A stretch of DNA of 60,198 nucleotides, the filler included, from Circinaria calcarea (taxonomy: Eukaryota): assembly GCA_051942165.1 (NCBI GenBank). It is 7 parts of 7 records of this genome, joined end to end, with 100 filler letters (N's around TTAATTAATTAA, not from the genome) between each part and the next. Parts side by side here need not be neighbours in the genome. Positions count along the whole stretch, not along the records: positions 34,485 to 42,990 come from JAVECS010001099.1; positions 43,091 to 51,594 come from JAVECS010001100.1; positions 51,695 to 60,198 come from JAVECS010001101.1; 4 more parts are not named here. One strand, given 5' to 3'. The notes beneath the pieces are model-generated. The model saw only the letters and a program-made list of their open reading frames with translations. It made no database searches and was not told where the DNA came from. Both the position numbers and the translations under genes were made by a program. Shown in pieces: positions 39,461 through 52,218 of the stretch; the stretch's first letter is position 1, and each line of letters starts with the position of its first letter.

Positions 39461-40623
39461 ATGATACTGCGGCAGCCAATTGACTCACTAATGCTGCTGC
39501 TTCTTGTGTTGACATGCAATATCTACTTCACACCTGTGTTGGGTTCTCTGGGCGATAGACTCCCGGATTTTAAAGAATGCGTTTCGGTATATCGAGCCAC
39601 ATTCATTGTGCCTTGATAGGATAGCTAATTAACATACTATAGGTGTGCATCGAAGAGAATTGTCTAAAGGGAGATACTGTTATTCGTATAAATGGCCGCC
39701 GGACCCAATGGACGCCATAAAGCTGATTCTTCTCTCTAGCCTTCAATCTCCGTTTACTCCTCTGGACCTGCGAATCCAATTGTGACTACACCTGCCAGCA
39801 TGTCATCACCGATCGCCGGCTTTCGAGGGAGCCGCCAATGGCTCAGCCAATCGTGCAATACCATGGCAAGTGGCCTTTCTACCGATTCATGGGTGCGCAG
39901 GAACCCTTTTCCGTTTTATTCTCCTTTTTCAATTTCCTGGCGCACCAAAATGGGTTGAGTCAAATTCGCGCAGCCATCCCTATAAGCTATTCACTGAGAA
40001 AGTACTATGTTGCGTTTGCATATTTTGGCCTCGCAAGCTGGGTCTTCAGCATGGTTTTTCACACCAGAGACTTTGGAATCACGGAAAAGTTGGATTATTT
40101 TGCTGCAGGCGCTAGCGTATTATACGGGCTGTACTATACGCCAATAAGAATCTTCAGGCTAGACCAAGAAACGCCCCCAATCAGGCAAACACTGCTTCGA
40201 TCTTGGACCTTGGTCTGTATACTCCTGTTCGTTGCACACGTTTCGTACCTTACCTTCTGGAGGTGGGACTATACCTACAACATGGCCGCCAATGTGGCCG
40301 TGGGAGTCATTCAAAACTTGCTTTGGAGCGGGTTCAGTATCGTCAGATACCGAAGATTGAAGAAACCTTGGGCAGCATGGCCTGGTTTAATCGTGGCCTG
40401 GATAGTTGTGGCCATGAGTCTGGAGCTATTCGATTTCCCGCCATTGGGAGGTCTGGTGGACGCTCATAGCCTGTGGCATTTGGGAACGGTCGGACCTACG
40501 ATATGGTGGTACCAGTATGTTTATGTCCAGCCTGCATGCAAGTGAGCTGCCTTGACTGACTTGTGCAGCTTCCTTGTCAGAGATGCTCAAGAAGACATGG
40601 GTAGAAATCGACTAAAGGCATAG
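39461..40623 (+). CDS. PER1: Post-GPI attachment to proteins factor 3 / Per1 (GPI lipid remodelling)
   Basis: SLGDRLPDFKECV, LLWTCESNCDYTCQH, QYHGKWPFYRFMGAQEPFS, FHTRDF..TEKLDYF, LELFDFPP...DAHSLWH. Confidence 0.95.
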
Positions 40624-40962
40624 TCCGTGCCGTATCACCTTCGAACGCATGTCCCAGTCCCACTCTAATGGGATGAATCCGTATCAAGTTACCAGTGGGA
40701 AGTTGCCACCCACACATCGGCGAAAACGCCAAGACCTTGCGTTTCCGATTTCCCGCGTCTCGCTAGTGGCCTTAAGGGTGGTCCAAGCACACATTCTAAG
40801 TCACTCTGGGCTAGTGAATACGCGGGATTCGCTCAGTGCAAAAAGATCACCGCGGGGTTGGTGTGGGCGCCTCGTGTGTTACTTTAATCTTTAATTCAGG
40901 CACAAACCCCCTGTCATCCTTGCAATACCATCTCAACTTTAACCCATTTTCGGCTCTATAAC

Positions 40963-42923
40963 ATGGCGACTCAGGATAGCATTGTATCGGCTTCGGCGAA
41001 GTACCCAAAACCTGCGGATAGCCTTTTTCAGTATGGAACAGCTGGAGTAGGCTACTACCCGTGCCCACAGGCATGATTGCGAGCTAATCTAAGTGCATAC
41101 AGTTCCGCATGAAGGCGTGAGTTTTTTTCCCACGAGAAGCTCGAAAATCGTCTTACCCGACATCAGTCAGTCATTTTACAACAGGGGAAGTGAGCTGATG
41201 GTGTTATGATGGTAGTTCCCTTCTGGACTCCGTTGTTCTTCGTGTCGGTTTGCTAGCAGCCTTGCGGTCGAGAAGATTGAACGGCCAAGTCATCGGCGTG
41301 ATGATCACTGCCAGTCACAATCCACCTGAAGATAATGGCGTTAAACTAGTAGATCCTATGGTATATATCTCAAGGCGAAGGAGATCTCTTACGGAGCGCT
41401 AACGTGTCTCCCAATAGGGCGAGATGCTTGAGGTATGGTGCTCATGCACCGCTACACGAGAATTACACCAGCTTCGGTTTCTAAATCCGCTCTAGGGGTC
41501 TTGGGAAGTCCATGCAACTACGCTCGCAAATGCACCTTCTGATCAGGCACTCGCTGAGACCTACCAAAAACTTGAGCGCGATCTCAACATCAAACCCGAG
41601 GCCAAGTCCCGAGTAATCTTTGCGCGCGATACTCGAGCGTCCGGTCCTCGTCTAGTTTCAGCACTGACAGAAGCACTCAAAGCTACGAATACAGAATACA
41701 CCGACTACAAACTCCTTACTACCCCCCAACTTCACTATATTACTCGCTGTCTCAATACCAAAGGCTCACCTTATGAATATGGAGAGCCAACGGAGCAAGG
41801 GTATTATGAGAAGACTGCAGCTGCCTTCAAGAAAGCAATGCATGGCCGGAAACCCAACGGGGGTGTTACGGTCGATTGTGCCAACGGTGTTGGTGGCCCA
41901 AAATTGAGGGAACTAGTGAAATATCTCCCAACCGCTGCAGAGGGTGGCTTGGATATCAAGATTGTGAATGACGATGTCGTCAAGCCGGAGCGGCTCAATT
42001 ACCAAGTTAGCATTGAACATGAATTATCACGAATACTTCCTTATTAACTGATGCTTGCCCATTAGTGCGGTGCAGATTTTGTCAAAACCGGCCAACGTGC
42101 ACCACCCTCATCGCAGGCGACTCCACTAACACGTTGCGCCTCACTTGATGGAGATGCTGACAGAATAGTCTACTACTTTGTTGATGCTGATAACACTTTT
42201 CGTTTACTTGATGGCGATCGTATTGCGACGCTTGCTGCTTTATTCATCGGTGACCTCGCCAAGCATGCAGGACTGTCGGAGAAGCTCAAGGTTGGGGTTG
42301 TGCAGACCGCTTACGCCAATGGAGCCAGTACCGATTATATCACGCAGCATCTTGGGCTTCCAGTAATCTGCACTGCTACTGGTGTCAAACATCTTCATCA
42401 CGCAGCTACAAAGTTCGAAGTTGGGGTATACTTTGAAGCCAATGGACATGGTACGGTCATATTTTCGGACCTTGCGCTTAAGCGTATCGCCAAGTATCAG
42501 CCTCAATCTCCTGCTCAATATGCAGCCTTGGAGACGCTCCGTGCCTTGACCCAGCTGATTAACCAAACTGTCGGTGATGCTTTATCAGATTTACTTCTTG
42601 TTGAAGTCATCCTTGCGCATAAAGGGTGGGGGCCGAGGGAATGGGACCTTACCTATACTGATCTACCGAATCGTCTTGTTCGGGTAGAAGTAAAGGATCG
42701 GAGCATCTTCAAGACGGTCGATGCTGAGCGGAAACTCGAGAGTCCCCCAGGTATCCAAGGCCTCATCAATGCGTTGGTGGGAAAATATAAGAACGGGAGG
42801 AGTTTTGCGCGAGCCAGCGGTACGGAAGATGCCGTCAGGGTGTACGCAGAAGCAGCCACGCGGGGTGAAGCTGATGATTTGGCAAGCAAGGTTGCCGGTC
42901 TGGTTAAGCAGGCTGGTTCTTAG
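40963..42923 (+). CDS. PCM1: Phosphoacetylglucosamine mutase (AGM1/PGM3)
   Basis: [54 protein letters not shown]. Confidence 0.96.
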
Positions 42924-42990
42924 TTGGTCCATAGGCATCTCCTTGAACAGCCATGGCGTATGGGAGGCATCTTCTCATGCATTTACTGGA

Positions 42991-43090
42991 NNNNNNNNNN
43001 NNNNNNNNNNNNNNNNNNNNNNNNNNNNNNNNNNTTAATTAATTAANNNNNNNNNNNNNNNNNNNNNNNNNNNNNNNNNNNNNNNNNNNN
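42991..43090. other. Artificial contig-joining spacer
   Basis: N44-TTAATTAATTAA-N44. Confidence 0.98.
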
Positions 43091-44407
43091 GCGATGATCC
43101 CGCATTGGGCAAGCTCGAAATAGCACCTACGATAGACCTCATATCGAGCCTTTACGCTGGGGTTGGGTATATACTGTTTGATGTCTACGCGGTCAAGAAA
43201 GGCGTTATCCTGATAAGGCGTCAACAAATGAATATATGAAGAGGTACTGCTTCTTACCATGGCTTGTATTAGGTTGCTCGTCGAGAAAACCAAGACATTT
43301 TTGCGTGTCGCACAAAGACGGTCAAGAGATGTCAAAAGGGTGTTGACGGCCTGCGATATTCAGGATTAGCATGGCTATCATTTGAAAACCGAATCCTAGG
43401 TATACCCTCATGGCATCTCGAGGCTCATTGCTGTCAAGATTCTTTTCCCGGGCACTGACAAGGCTTTCCATCTCGTCGATCAATAAAATTACAAAGGTGT
43501 CTTTCTCCTTATCTAGCAATGATTCGAGGGCCTCGAATAACTTGCCAACTAGGGTAGAACTTTCGCTAAAGTACCTGCTGAACATAGAGTGCGAGTCGAC
43601 TTCTACGAGCTTTGTGAGAGTGTACTGCCCTTTTAGGCGAATCGAGATTTTTTGGGCCAAAGCCCTGCAAAGACTTGTCTTGCCAGTTCCCGGCGGACCC
43701 CACAGCAGAACCAGTCGATTCCATCCGACGCTTCGACCATTGAGTTGACGGCTGGCGAGAGCGACTGCTGCAGCGTCTAGCTGACGGATCTCTCAACACG
43801 GGACAATGATACTCACTCATACGCATGATAAATCGGAGCAGCTTTACCTGGATCAACTCGTCGAAAACCAAGCTATCCCAAATGCCATGGAACTGCGTGC
43901 TTGGTAAGTCCGTTACTTTGGCCTGGGCACACTGGTCGCCAGCCTCTACCGTAGCCGGATCGATGAGTTGAGTCGCAGCTTCATCACCGAGAAGGCTGAA
44001 GATTCTGGCGTCCAGGTCCACTGTGTCTAGGCTGATTACCGTTTCTTCATTTGACAGGCCGGTCACATCCGTGATCTGGATTGATCTGAGGTTTTCAGCG
44101 TTCGGCAAGCCTACTAGATAAGGTTCAGTCTCTGTTCATTAACCTTGTGCGAGTTGGTGGTACTAAATGACGAGATGGTTTCGTTCATCACAACGGAGGG
44201 ATGGTTTTGCTTGAGCCACAGGCAGACTTCATCTGCCAGCTAGAAAAGAAACAATTAATTCCTCTGGTCAACCTTCCTTGGGGTTGGATATAATACCTGC
44301 ACTGCATCCTCCCTTGTACTGCCCGATCCAGTGAGCTTGGTGCAGATTTCTACATGTAGCAAGCCGCGTGGCTTCATAGGAGACCGGTCCCTGGATAATT
44401 GAGCCAT
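43091..44407 (-). CDS. PCH2: Pachytene checkpoint protein 2 / TRIP13 AAA+ ATPase (3' truncated)
   Basis: LPSTQFHGIWDSLVFD, WNRLVLLWGPPGTGKTSLCRALAQKISIR, SHSMFSRYFSES, LIDEMESL, TSNL...DNAFLDRVDIKQYI. Confidence 0.92.
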
Positions 44408-44719
44408 GATCGTAGTGTTGTAATGCAATCCCCGTGAATAGAAACCTCTACTCCCACCTATTATTTGTTGCAGATCCGGGGAAATAGAAATAGTGCGTAG
44501 GGCTCCCAAACTCTAAAGATTTAGTGTGGGGGTCCCCTGTATCACAGAAGGTACCGAGCCAACGTCGGTAAATGGTGAAACAACCTTCCGTCACTGCGCA
44601 TCTATTTCTTGTTTGGACGCAGCCTGTGGAGTAGGGAGGCTGAGACGTTTGACATCTCGACTTCTGTTCAAACAGACCCGTCCTTCTGCATCGACACACC
44701 AGCTCAGCGGTTCACGGTC

Positions 44720-47500
44720 ATGGCGGATTTATGGAGTACTGAGAAGAATGTGAGCGAACAGACGAAAAACCCTAGAGATCTGTTAACGCAGTCGGTCATC
44801 TCTATTGCGTTTGGTCTCACTGCATTTCTCACGTTCTGTGTAAGCTCTTCCAAAGGACGTGCTGCTTGGAATGGATACTAATGTCGTGGATTACACCAGG
44901 CATTAAGACCCAAATGGAAGGTTCTTTATGCTGCTCGCAAAAGACAGAAAAATGCTGCTTCAGAGCTGCCGGACTTGCCAGATACATTCTTTGGCTGGAT
45001 GCCCACCGTGTATAGGATAACAGAGGAACAAGTTCTCGCTTCTGCAGGACTCGATGCGTTCGTGGTAGGTGATATATCGACGATGCTCAGGAGCCTGCAC
45101 ATGCTGAGACTGCACATAGTTCTTGGCTTTCTTTAAGATGGCCATCAAGTTCCTGTCGGTCGTATTCTTCTTCTCTCTTACCGTCATCTTTCCGATCCAC
45201 AAGCATTTTGACAAGCCCGGTGATGCTCCAACGAGGGGCAACGGTACCGCTGAAACCGCCCATGGTTTTTACGGCCGAGATGCTGATGGCTTTGTGGATC
45301 TACATGCTGCCGAAGCACATAAACCTCCCAGTTTGCCACCTACAACAGACTTTCTTTGGGTTTACGTAATCTTCGTGTATCTCTTCAGTGGCTATGCTAT
45401 CTACTTGATTGTAACGGAAACGACTCGAATTATACGTATAAGACAGAGATTTCTCGGTACGCAGACTTCGATAACTGATCGGACAATAAGACTGTCTGGC
45501 ATCCCTGCCCACTTGAGGTCCGAACAAGCCCTAAAAGAAACAATCGAGAGTCTGGAGATTGGCAATGTTGATAGTGTGACGCTTTGTAGAAACTGGAAAG
45601 AGCTTGACGATCTGATGGCGGAAAGGATGAGCGTTTTGCGAATGCTTGAAGAGGCTTGGACCGTTCATCTAGGCCATCGTCGTGTCGAGCGTAACTTGGA
45701 GTCATTGCCTATAGTTCAACCTTCACCCCCAGAGCCAGAGGACGTTCCAGAAGGAGACAGCGAAGAATCTGCCTTACTGTATGGAGATACCGGTGAACAG
45801 CCTCACGCACCTTACGCCCGTGACAGACCTATGACGCGAATCTGGTTTGGATTCTTGAAACTACAGAGTCGAAAGGTCGATGCAATCGATTATTACCAGG
45901 AAAAGATGCGCAAGATCGACGACAAGATTAAAGCTGCCCGGAAAAAAGACTTCGAACCTACACCACTAGCTTTTGTCACATTAGATTCGATACCAGCTTG
46001 TGTAAGTAGACTGTTATCGTACAACGTGTACCGAAAACGAACCTTATATTAACCCGGTTACAGCAAATGGCTGTTCAGGCTATCATTGATCCAGAGCCTA
46101 TGCAGTTGGTCGCCAATCTGGCTCCTGCACCAACCGACGTGGTTTGGAGAAATACCTATCTACCCCGCTCCAATAGGATGATAAGGGCATGGTCCATAAC
46201 ATTCTTCATTCTCGTTCTGACAGTATTCTGGTCACTCTTGCTGATTCCTGTTGCGGGTCTGCTTGACAAGGAGGTCATCCGTCGGGTGTTACCAGGATTC
46301 GCAGACTTCTTACGAGAGCATAAGATGATTGCATCCCTTGTGCAGACTGGAGTGCCTACTCTACTGATATCTCTCCTAAACCTGCTTGTCCCGTATTTGT
46401 ACGACTGTAAGTCCCAGCTCCTTGTTCCCTAACCAGAACTTAGCAAAGTTAGACTTATGCTAACCAATATAATCAGGGCTTTCAAACCTTCAAGGCATGA
46501 CGTCTCAAGGAGACATTGAGATGTCGCTTATATCGAAGAACTTCTTCTTTACATTTTTCAACCTGTTTATAACTTTTACGGTCTTTGGCACAGCCTCCAA
46601 GGCATCTGGTTATTGGGAACAACTCGGAGACACCCTTAAGGATACGACACGGATTGCTTATGTCCTTGCGGAATCCCTGGGAAACCTGGCAAATTTTTAC
46701 ATGAATCTTATCGTTTTACAGGGACTCGGCTTATTTCCATTCCGCCTACTTGAATTCGGTAGCGTGGCGATGTATCCCGTTAGCCTCATGGGCGCCAAAA
46801 CTCCGCGAGGTACGTATTATTGTGGCGAAAGCATTTTCAGGAATCGTCTCTAATGGGATTTGCAGATTATGCGGAGCTAGTACAACCACCCGTGTTCAAC
46901 TATGGATATTACCTACCTCAGACCTTGCTCATTTTCATTATATGTATGGTGTATAGTGTTTTGCCGAAATCAGAGCTTGTTACTCTGTTTGGTTTAATCT
47001 ACTTCATGATTGGCGGTTTCATCTACAAGTACCAGCTTCTCTATGCCATGGACCACCGTCGGCACTCTACAGGTCGAGCTTGGACCATAATCTGCAACCG
47101 CGTTGTAGTTGGTCTCCTTGTCTTCCAGCTTGCCATGACCGGTCAACTTGCGGGTCGATCTGCAATAAAACGTGCTATAGTGGTGATACCGTTGCTCGTC
47201 GGTACGGTGTGGTTTGCATACTTTTATCGACGTACCTATGAACCACTAATGAAGTTCATCGCTCTTCGCAGTTTGTATCACGATGATCAACCTGATGGGC
47301 CCGCTTTGGGAGAGTCACGGCACGAAAGCGAAACAGATGGAGGAAGAGCTGTCGATGAGGACAAAGAGACTGGTAATAGGTTTATCAATCCGAGCCTTAT
47401 CATCCCACTTGAGGATGTATGGGTTCTGAACAAGGGCAGAAGTAGGTCGAATCATGCCGTCAACGGGGCAAGCGAGGCAAATGGCCAGGAGAATGTATAG
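44720..47500 (+). CDS. CSC1: OSCA/TMEM63 (DUF221) calcium-permeable stress-gated channel
   Basis: LRPKWKVLYAAR, LPDTFFGW, SAGLDAFV, TSITDRTIRLSGIP, APAPTDVVWRN, FYMNLIVLQG, PPVFNYGYYLPQ, YKYQLLY. Confidence 0.9.
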
Positions 47501-47729
47501 TGCTGGCGGAGAGCTGTATTTATAAAACTTCATTGGGAGATCAGCATGGAAAGTGGGTAGGCGTCCAGAGCACCTTCCTTCTGAGATACCAGACCACTTA
47601 GTTTATGTACTTCAACAACGGGCCTAATGCATCAAGGCTTCCTCAAGGGGATTTCTCAGAATCTCCATGTCCAATGAAAGCAGATGGGAGTTGCCCCCGA
47701 TCCATCTTCCTTACACTTAAATCCTATTC

Positions 47730-50700
47730 ATGCGAGCTTTTCTCCACCTTGTCTTCCATTTTATTCGTTTTGCTCTCGATGAATTCAGTCACCCAGGATC
47801 TTCCTACTCTATTGATTACACTTGGACATCCATAACCGCCACAACGTCTTCTCAAATTCTCCTGTCTCGAGGAGTTGCCGGCTCACACTCGGAGCCACCG
47901 TCTCCAACGCTCTCTCCGGCGGCTCCCCTAGTATCGATATTCGAGAACGACTCTGTACATATCATGACCCTTGGCTCGCCGGCTCGATCCATTGGAATCA
48001 GGTACGCTCGTGTCGCCGATCCATCATCTACCTATTCTAGTGCCCTACTTCCTATCAACATAGCTTCCGAAAGGCTCGTGATGGATAATCCTGCTCCAGT
48101 GCAACGTCTGGACCCAATGGCTTTTCAATGGTCTTCTACTTGTCAGGTTCGCTGGGCGTCAGTGGTCGGTAGATTACATTTGGATACCACTCCAGACACG
48201 ATGTCGGACAAGAACACTATGGGATTATCTTTGAACTCGCCCACCGCTCTAGGGCCTTTTATAACCTCTGGACCGTCCTCCCCGAACTCGAATCCTAGCG
48301 GCGGAGAAAGCCTCATCCGAGGTCGAACCCTCGTTAGACTAAGCTCCCGCCACAGGCTCGTCTCCCACGCCAAAGTTGACCGCCGAGCGGGACCCAGCTC
48401 CATGGATGTTGAAACCTCCACGGTTTACAGCCGTCTCACCAGTCGAGATCTCACGGCGGAACCGCTCCAACTCCACGACTCCGTCATCGAGCCGGTGCCG
48501 CTCGAACGCGTCTGCAGCAACCTCTCCGAACTCCTCACGCGAACCCCTACCCTGGACAGCTCGGTCGATGTGCCTGGATTCCTCGGCCACAGAGACACCT
48601 TTGCTCTTTTCGACCTGCGCCGTCCCCCGCGTCACGCTCCCTACCTCCCCCTGCTAGTTTTCCACCGGCTGGCCCGCTTCCTCGACTTTGGAACCTACCT
48701 CTCCGTCCGCCTTTCCTGCCGTTGCTGGTCCGCTGCCGTTTCCTGCGTTCGCCCGCCGATGCTACCCTCCGTGTACTTTCTCCCGGCCGAGATCCTCCAT
48801 CAGATATATGGGTACTTGGCTCCGGTCGATTTCAATGCGGCGAGACATACGTGCCGGGCGTGGATGATGGCGAGTTTGGAATGCCGGCTGCTGGAGACGA
48901 TGTTGAGGAGAGGGGGGTGGTGGGGGGCCGTGCAAGCTGATGTTGCAATACGTGGTGGGGGACGTAGTGGGGAGAAGATTGTATATGAAGAATGGATGAT
49001 GAGTAAGAGGCTGGCTACGGAGTGCTCGCTGGGATCCAGTTGGACTGGATCGGGCGTTCGGGATACTTCGTCGGGGACTGGAACGAGTCTGGTTCTGACT
49101 TCTACTACGGACTTTTCCGAGCTCAGTGGTGGATGCGGCGCTGGGGATAACCAGCAAGGTCCTTCTCTCCACTTCACAGCTAGCGTCTGTGGTAAATTCG
49201 CTTTGGTTGCTGACGGCTGCATCATCTACGTTTACTCTCTCTCCTGCAACGACTTTCCTACGGCTCCGCATGGTGGTTATCTCGAACCGATGGCCAGCAT
49301 CATTTGTCCTCGTCGGGTGCTTGCAGTCAGTATGAATACCTCCTCCCAGCGATTTGCTGTAGCAGGGCTACTCGACGATCGGATGGGTATGGTCTGCGAG
49401 CTTGATGCTGGGCAATACTCCAGGCGTCCGTCGACCGCTACGCAGAATACTGGGCCGTGGGGGATGTCTGGCTACAGTGCTTTGGTGACGAACACCTTGA
49501 TTTCGGGTGAAAGAGTGATCACGGAGCAGGCGCTCCCATACCACCATGACCCAGCAAGAATGAATTCTTGGTCAACGGTAGCTTCTGAATACGAAACTGT
49601 AGGAAACGGTGCGAATACTCTCGTTTCCTCGCCCTTATTACCGGAGAGTCCTGTTGAGGATAGTCCCCGTGGTATCCCCATCGAGTTCGGTCCCCGCAGT
49701 ATCTACCGCTCCCTCTGTTCGGAATCCGACCCGCCCCTCAGCGTAGCAATCTGTCCGCAGCGCCGTTGTGTGGCCTTTGGCTGTTCTGGGGGCATCGAAC
49801 TTCACTGGGTGGATGCGCTGACGGGGCAGGATTTGAATCGCTGGTTCCCGCTCACCGCACCGAGTGACTTTTTATACTTTTTGCCGCCGAGGAAGGGCGT
49901 GGATTCAGCGAAAAAGCTTCGGCTGATTAGCAGCGCTGGATTTCCCGGACAGAGAGATGGGGCAAGGACGAGATTTACTCCTTTTGAGGGAGAGAGTTCG
50001 ATGGGGTTCGGGAGGTGGGGTGACGGTGCTGAGAGGACCAGGGAAGGGAATGATCACTACAGAGCTGTTCCCCTCAGCGATGGTACGCATATCCTGTTTA
50101 CGGATCCGGCGAGTGGGAGGCCCTGTATTGGCAGTGATGCTCCGCTGGGTGGACCCACGAAGCTGACTAGGCGGATTGTGCTTTTGGGGCCTGATAGCGA
50201 AGAGGAGGGATTAGGGAAGGCTATTGTCCCTAGCGTCTACGCTGTAGGCCAGGAGCTACGGTGGGGCGTCAGAGTCGCAGTGGGCTTTGGAGATCGCATC
50301 TGGCTTTTTTGCGTTCCTCCAGACCTCTTCGCTGGCGGAGACGGAGTCGAACGGCTCCGCAAAGATCCCAGCACGAGGACGAATGCCTCCAGTGGTGCCA
50401 GCCAGGACCAATGGCCCGTCACACTCCAAGGCGTAGAAATCGGCCATGTCGAGGGTCTCCTGGATCTGGCAATCGATACCTCGGTCGGCTCCCTCACCAT
50501 CTGGGCCTTTGCAGCCGCCGGCACGGCTCATACCTGGCAAATCGACAGCGGAGCGGGTCAGAGAGCCCGGAAGAGAGCCGTGCTCGGTGACGGAGCGGTC
50601 GTCGATCTGGAAGACGTAGATGGCGATTTTATCATGCGGGATGCGCCTCCCTCGGTGCCGTTGCAACTTCGCGGACCCGACATCGACTTGGACGGTGCGT

Positions 50701-50996
50701 CTTCGATGCTCGGCCCCGACCTAAGTCTACCGATCTCCACTCTTTTCCGGCAGACACGTATTGTCGCAGCCGTGAACGACGACGACGACAACGGCGACAC
50801 GGATATCGAAATGATGGATGTAGATGAGGGATATTGGTCTTCGGATGAGACCGAGACCGAGGCCGAGCCAGCTGCAGGCGCGTTTGCGATCCATGTTTCC
50901 CCACTTGATGACGGCTGGGCGGAGGATTCGGCAGATTGGACCGGGATGGGGGTGGATGTGCGGAGGATGATGAGAGTGGAGTGTGAGGTTTTGTAG
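47730..50996 (+). CDS. F-box domain protein, intronless ORF (real start may be a downstream Met)
   Basis: LPAEILHQIYGYLAPVDFNAARHTCRAW F-box; conserved-looking C-terminal blocks SVAICPQRRCVAFGC...ELHWVDALTGQDLNRWFPLTAPSDFLYFLPPR, DHYRAVPLSDG. Confidence 0.85.
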   Translation: MRAFLHLVFHFIRFALDEFSHPGSSYSIDYTWTSITATTSSQILLSRGVAGSHSEPPSPTLSPAAPLVSIFENDSVHIMTLGSPARSIGIRYARVADPSSTYSSALLPINIASERLVMDNPAPVQRLDPMAFQWSSTCQVRWASVVGRLHLDTTPDTMSDKNTMGLSLNSPTALGPFITSGPSSPNSNPSGGESLIRGRTLVRLSSRHRLVSHAKVDRRAGPSSMDVETSTVYSRLTSRDLTAEPLQLHDSVIEPVPLERVCSNLSELLTRTPTLDSSVDVPGFLGHRDTFALFDLRRPPRHAPYLPLLVFHRLARFLDFGTYLSVRLSCRCWSAAVSCVRPPMLPSVYFLPAEILHQIYGYLAPVDFNAARHTCRAWMMASLECRLLETMLRRGGWWGAVQADVAIRGGGRSGEKIVYEEWMMSKRLATECSLGSSWTGSGVRDTSSGTGTSLVLTSTTDFSELSGGCGAGDNQQGPSLHFTASVCGKFALVADGCIIYVYSLSCNDFPTAPHGGYLEPMASIICPRRVLAVSMNTSSQRFAVAGLLDDRMGMVCELDAGQYSRRPSTATQNTGPWGMSGYSALVTNTLISGERVITEQALPYHHDPARMNSWSTVASEYETVGNGANTLVSSPLLPESPVEDSPRGIPIEFGPRSIYRSLCSESDPPLSVAICPQRRCVAFGCSGGIELHWVDALTGQDLNRWFPLTAPSDFLYFLPPRKGVDSAKKLRLISSAGFPGQRDGARTRFTPFEGESSMGFGRWGDGAERTREGNDHYRAVPLSDGTHILFTDPASGRPCIGSDAPLGGPTKLTRRIVLLGPDSEEEGLGKAIVPSVYAVGQELRWGVRVAVGFGDRIWLFCVPPDLFAGGDGVERLRKDPSTRTNASSGASQDQWPVTLQGVEIGHVEGLLDLAIDTSVGSLTIWAFAAAGTAHTWQIDSGAGQRARKRAVLGDGAVVDLEDVDGDFIMRDAPPSVPLQLRGPDIDLDGASSMLGPDLSLPISTLFRQTRIVAAVNDDDDNGDTDIEMMDVDEGYWSSDETETEAEPAAGAFAIHVSPLDDGWAEDSADWTGMGVDVRRMMRVECEVL

Positions 50997-51594
50997 GTGG
51001 TGGAGTGGCATGGATGGAGTGGAGAATGGGAGAATGGGAGTCTTAGGGAGTGAGCATATGGCATTATGAGTAAAAATACTATCCTTTACCTTTCTCCGAC
51101 ACGTCAGGCAATGGTGTAGGCGCAATTTTCTTGGCCGAGCTACCGCATTCTCGTTCACAAAGGCCCTTCCACCCCATTTCGTAAGACTTGTTAATTCCTT
51201 CGGTGTTACTATACTCCTATACCCGCCGTTCTACCGCCCTTACCTTCTTCCCCGCCTCCTTCCGGCCCTTCCTTCTCCTCCTCTTCCTCCTCCCCTCCTT
51301 ATCTCATCCCGTCTAACCGAATCCTTTCAAGCGATTCCCCTCCCCCTCAGGATCCCAAACCCCAAACAATTCTATCATACACGATGCCATCTCAGCTACT
51401 TACAGTACCTAGTCATCACCAAAAAAAAACAAAAAAAAAGAAAAGAAATGAGCCGAGGAGACCTATTGTGGCAACCCCTTCTAGGACTATATATGGGGCT
51501 CCTAAACGCCAAAAGCTTTTGGGGGCCAAAGTGAATAAAAAAATTTCTAACTCCGAGTGGAAAAAATGTATTGGGCATTCCTACTGTTTTTGGT

Positions 51595-51694
51595 NNNNNN
51601 NNNNNNNNNNNNNNNNNNNNNNNNNNNNNNNNNNNNNNTTAATTAATTAANNNNNNNNNNNNNNNNNNNNNNNNNNNNNNNNNNNNNNNNNNNN
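51595..51694. other. Artificial contig-joining spacer
   Basis: N44-TTAATTAATTAA-N44. Confidence 0.98.
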
Positions 51695-52218
51695 CAGCAG
51701 AGAAGTTTGCTCGGAAATTGATCGGCTTTATAACTGTCAGTACAATCGACTAAAGAACCGTAGATTTGGTGAGGTACTAACCATTGTAAGGCTGTTAGGA
51801 GAAGGTTAAGGGCAGTGGTCTGATTGTTTAGATGGTTAAGGTATTCCGTGATACCCGTCTGCTCCCATAGATATAGTACCCTACTCTGCATACACATGGC
51901 AGTGTTATTGATCCTTCCAAAATGGCTTACACGATCATCCAATAATTGGATGACGACTTTGCAGCTCTCCAAGGATGCATTGAGATCGAGTACAAGTTGC
52001 CGGCGCTGCTGTACATTCACAAGAGTTGTATCAATCCATTCATTGATCTGATTTAGTGCGGCCTTGAGCGTGGAGAGTTGGCCAATAAGGAGGCTAATGG
52101 TCAAGTCGCTTCCCTTAAACATTGTCTGCAAATGATATAGAGAACGAACACTTCTTGTGATAACGTCCATCACACCCACGATTGCTCCAGCGACACCAAC
52201 GATTGTGAACGGATCCAT
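51695..52218 (-). CDS. Protein with a fungal STAND-type (HeLo-like/SesA-like) N-terminal helical domain, 3' truncated
   Basis: MDPFTIVGVAGAIVGVMDVITRSVRSLYHLQ...LIGQLSTLKAALNQI...LESCKVVIQLL...YLWEQ..I..YL..L..QTTALNLLLTALQ, then an intron. Confidence 0.65.

Noticed and set aside
43361..43378. GATTAGCATGG match to U6 snRNA
   Set aside because: No preceding ACAGAGA box; it lies on the opposite strand of a PCH2 intron.
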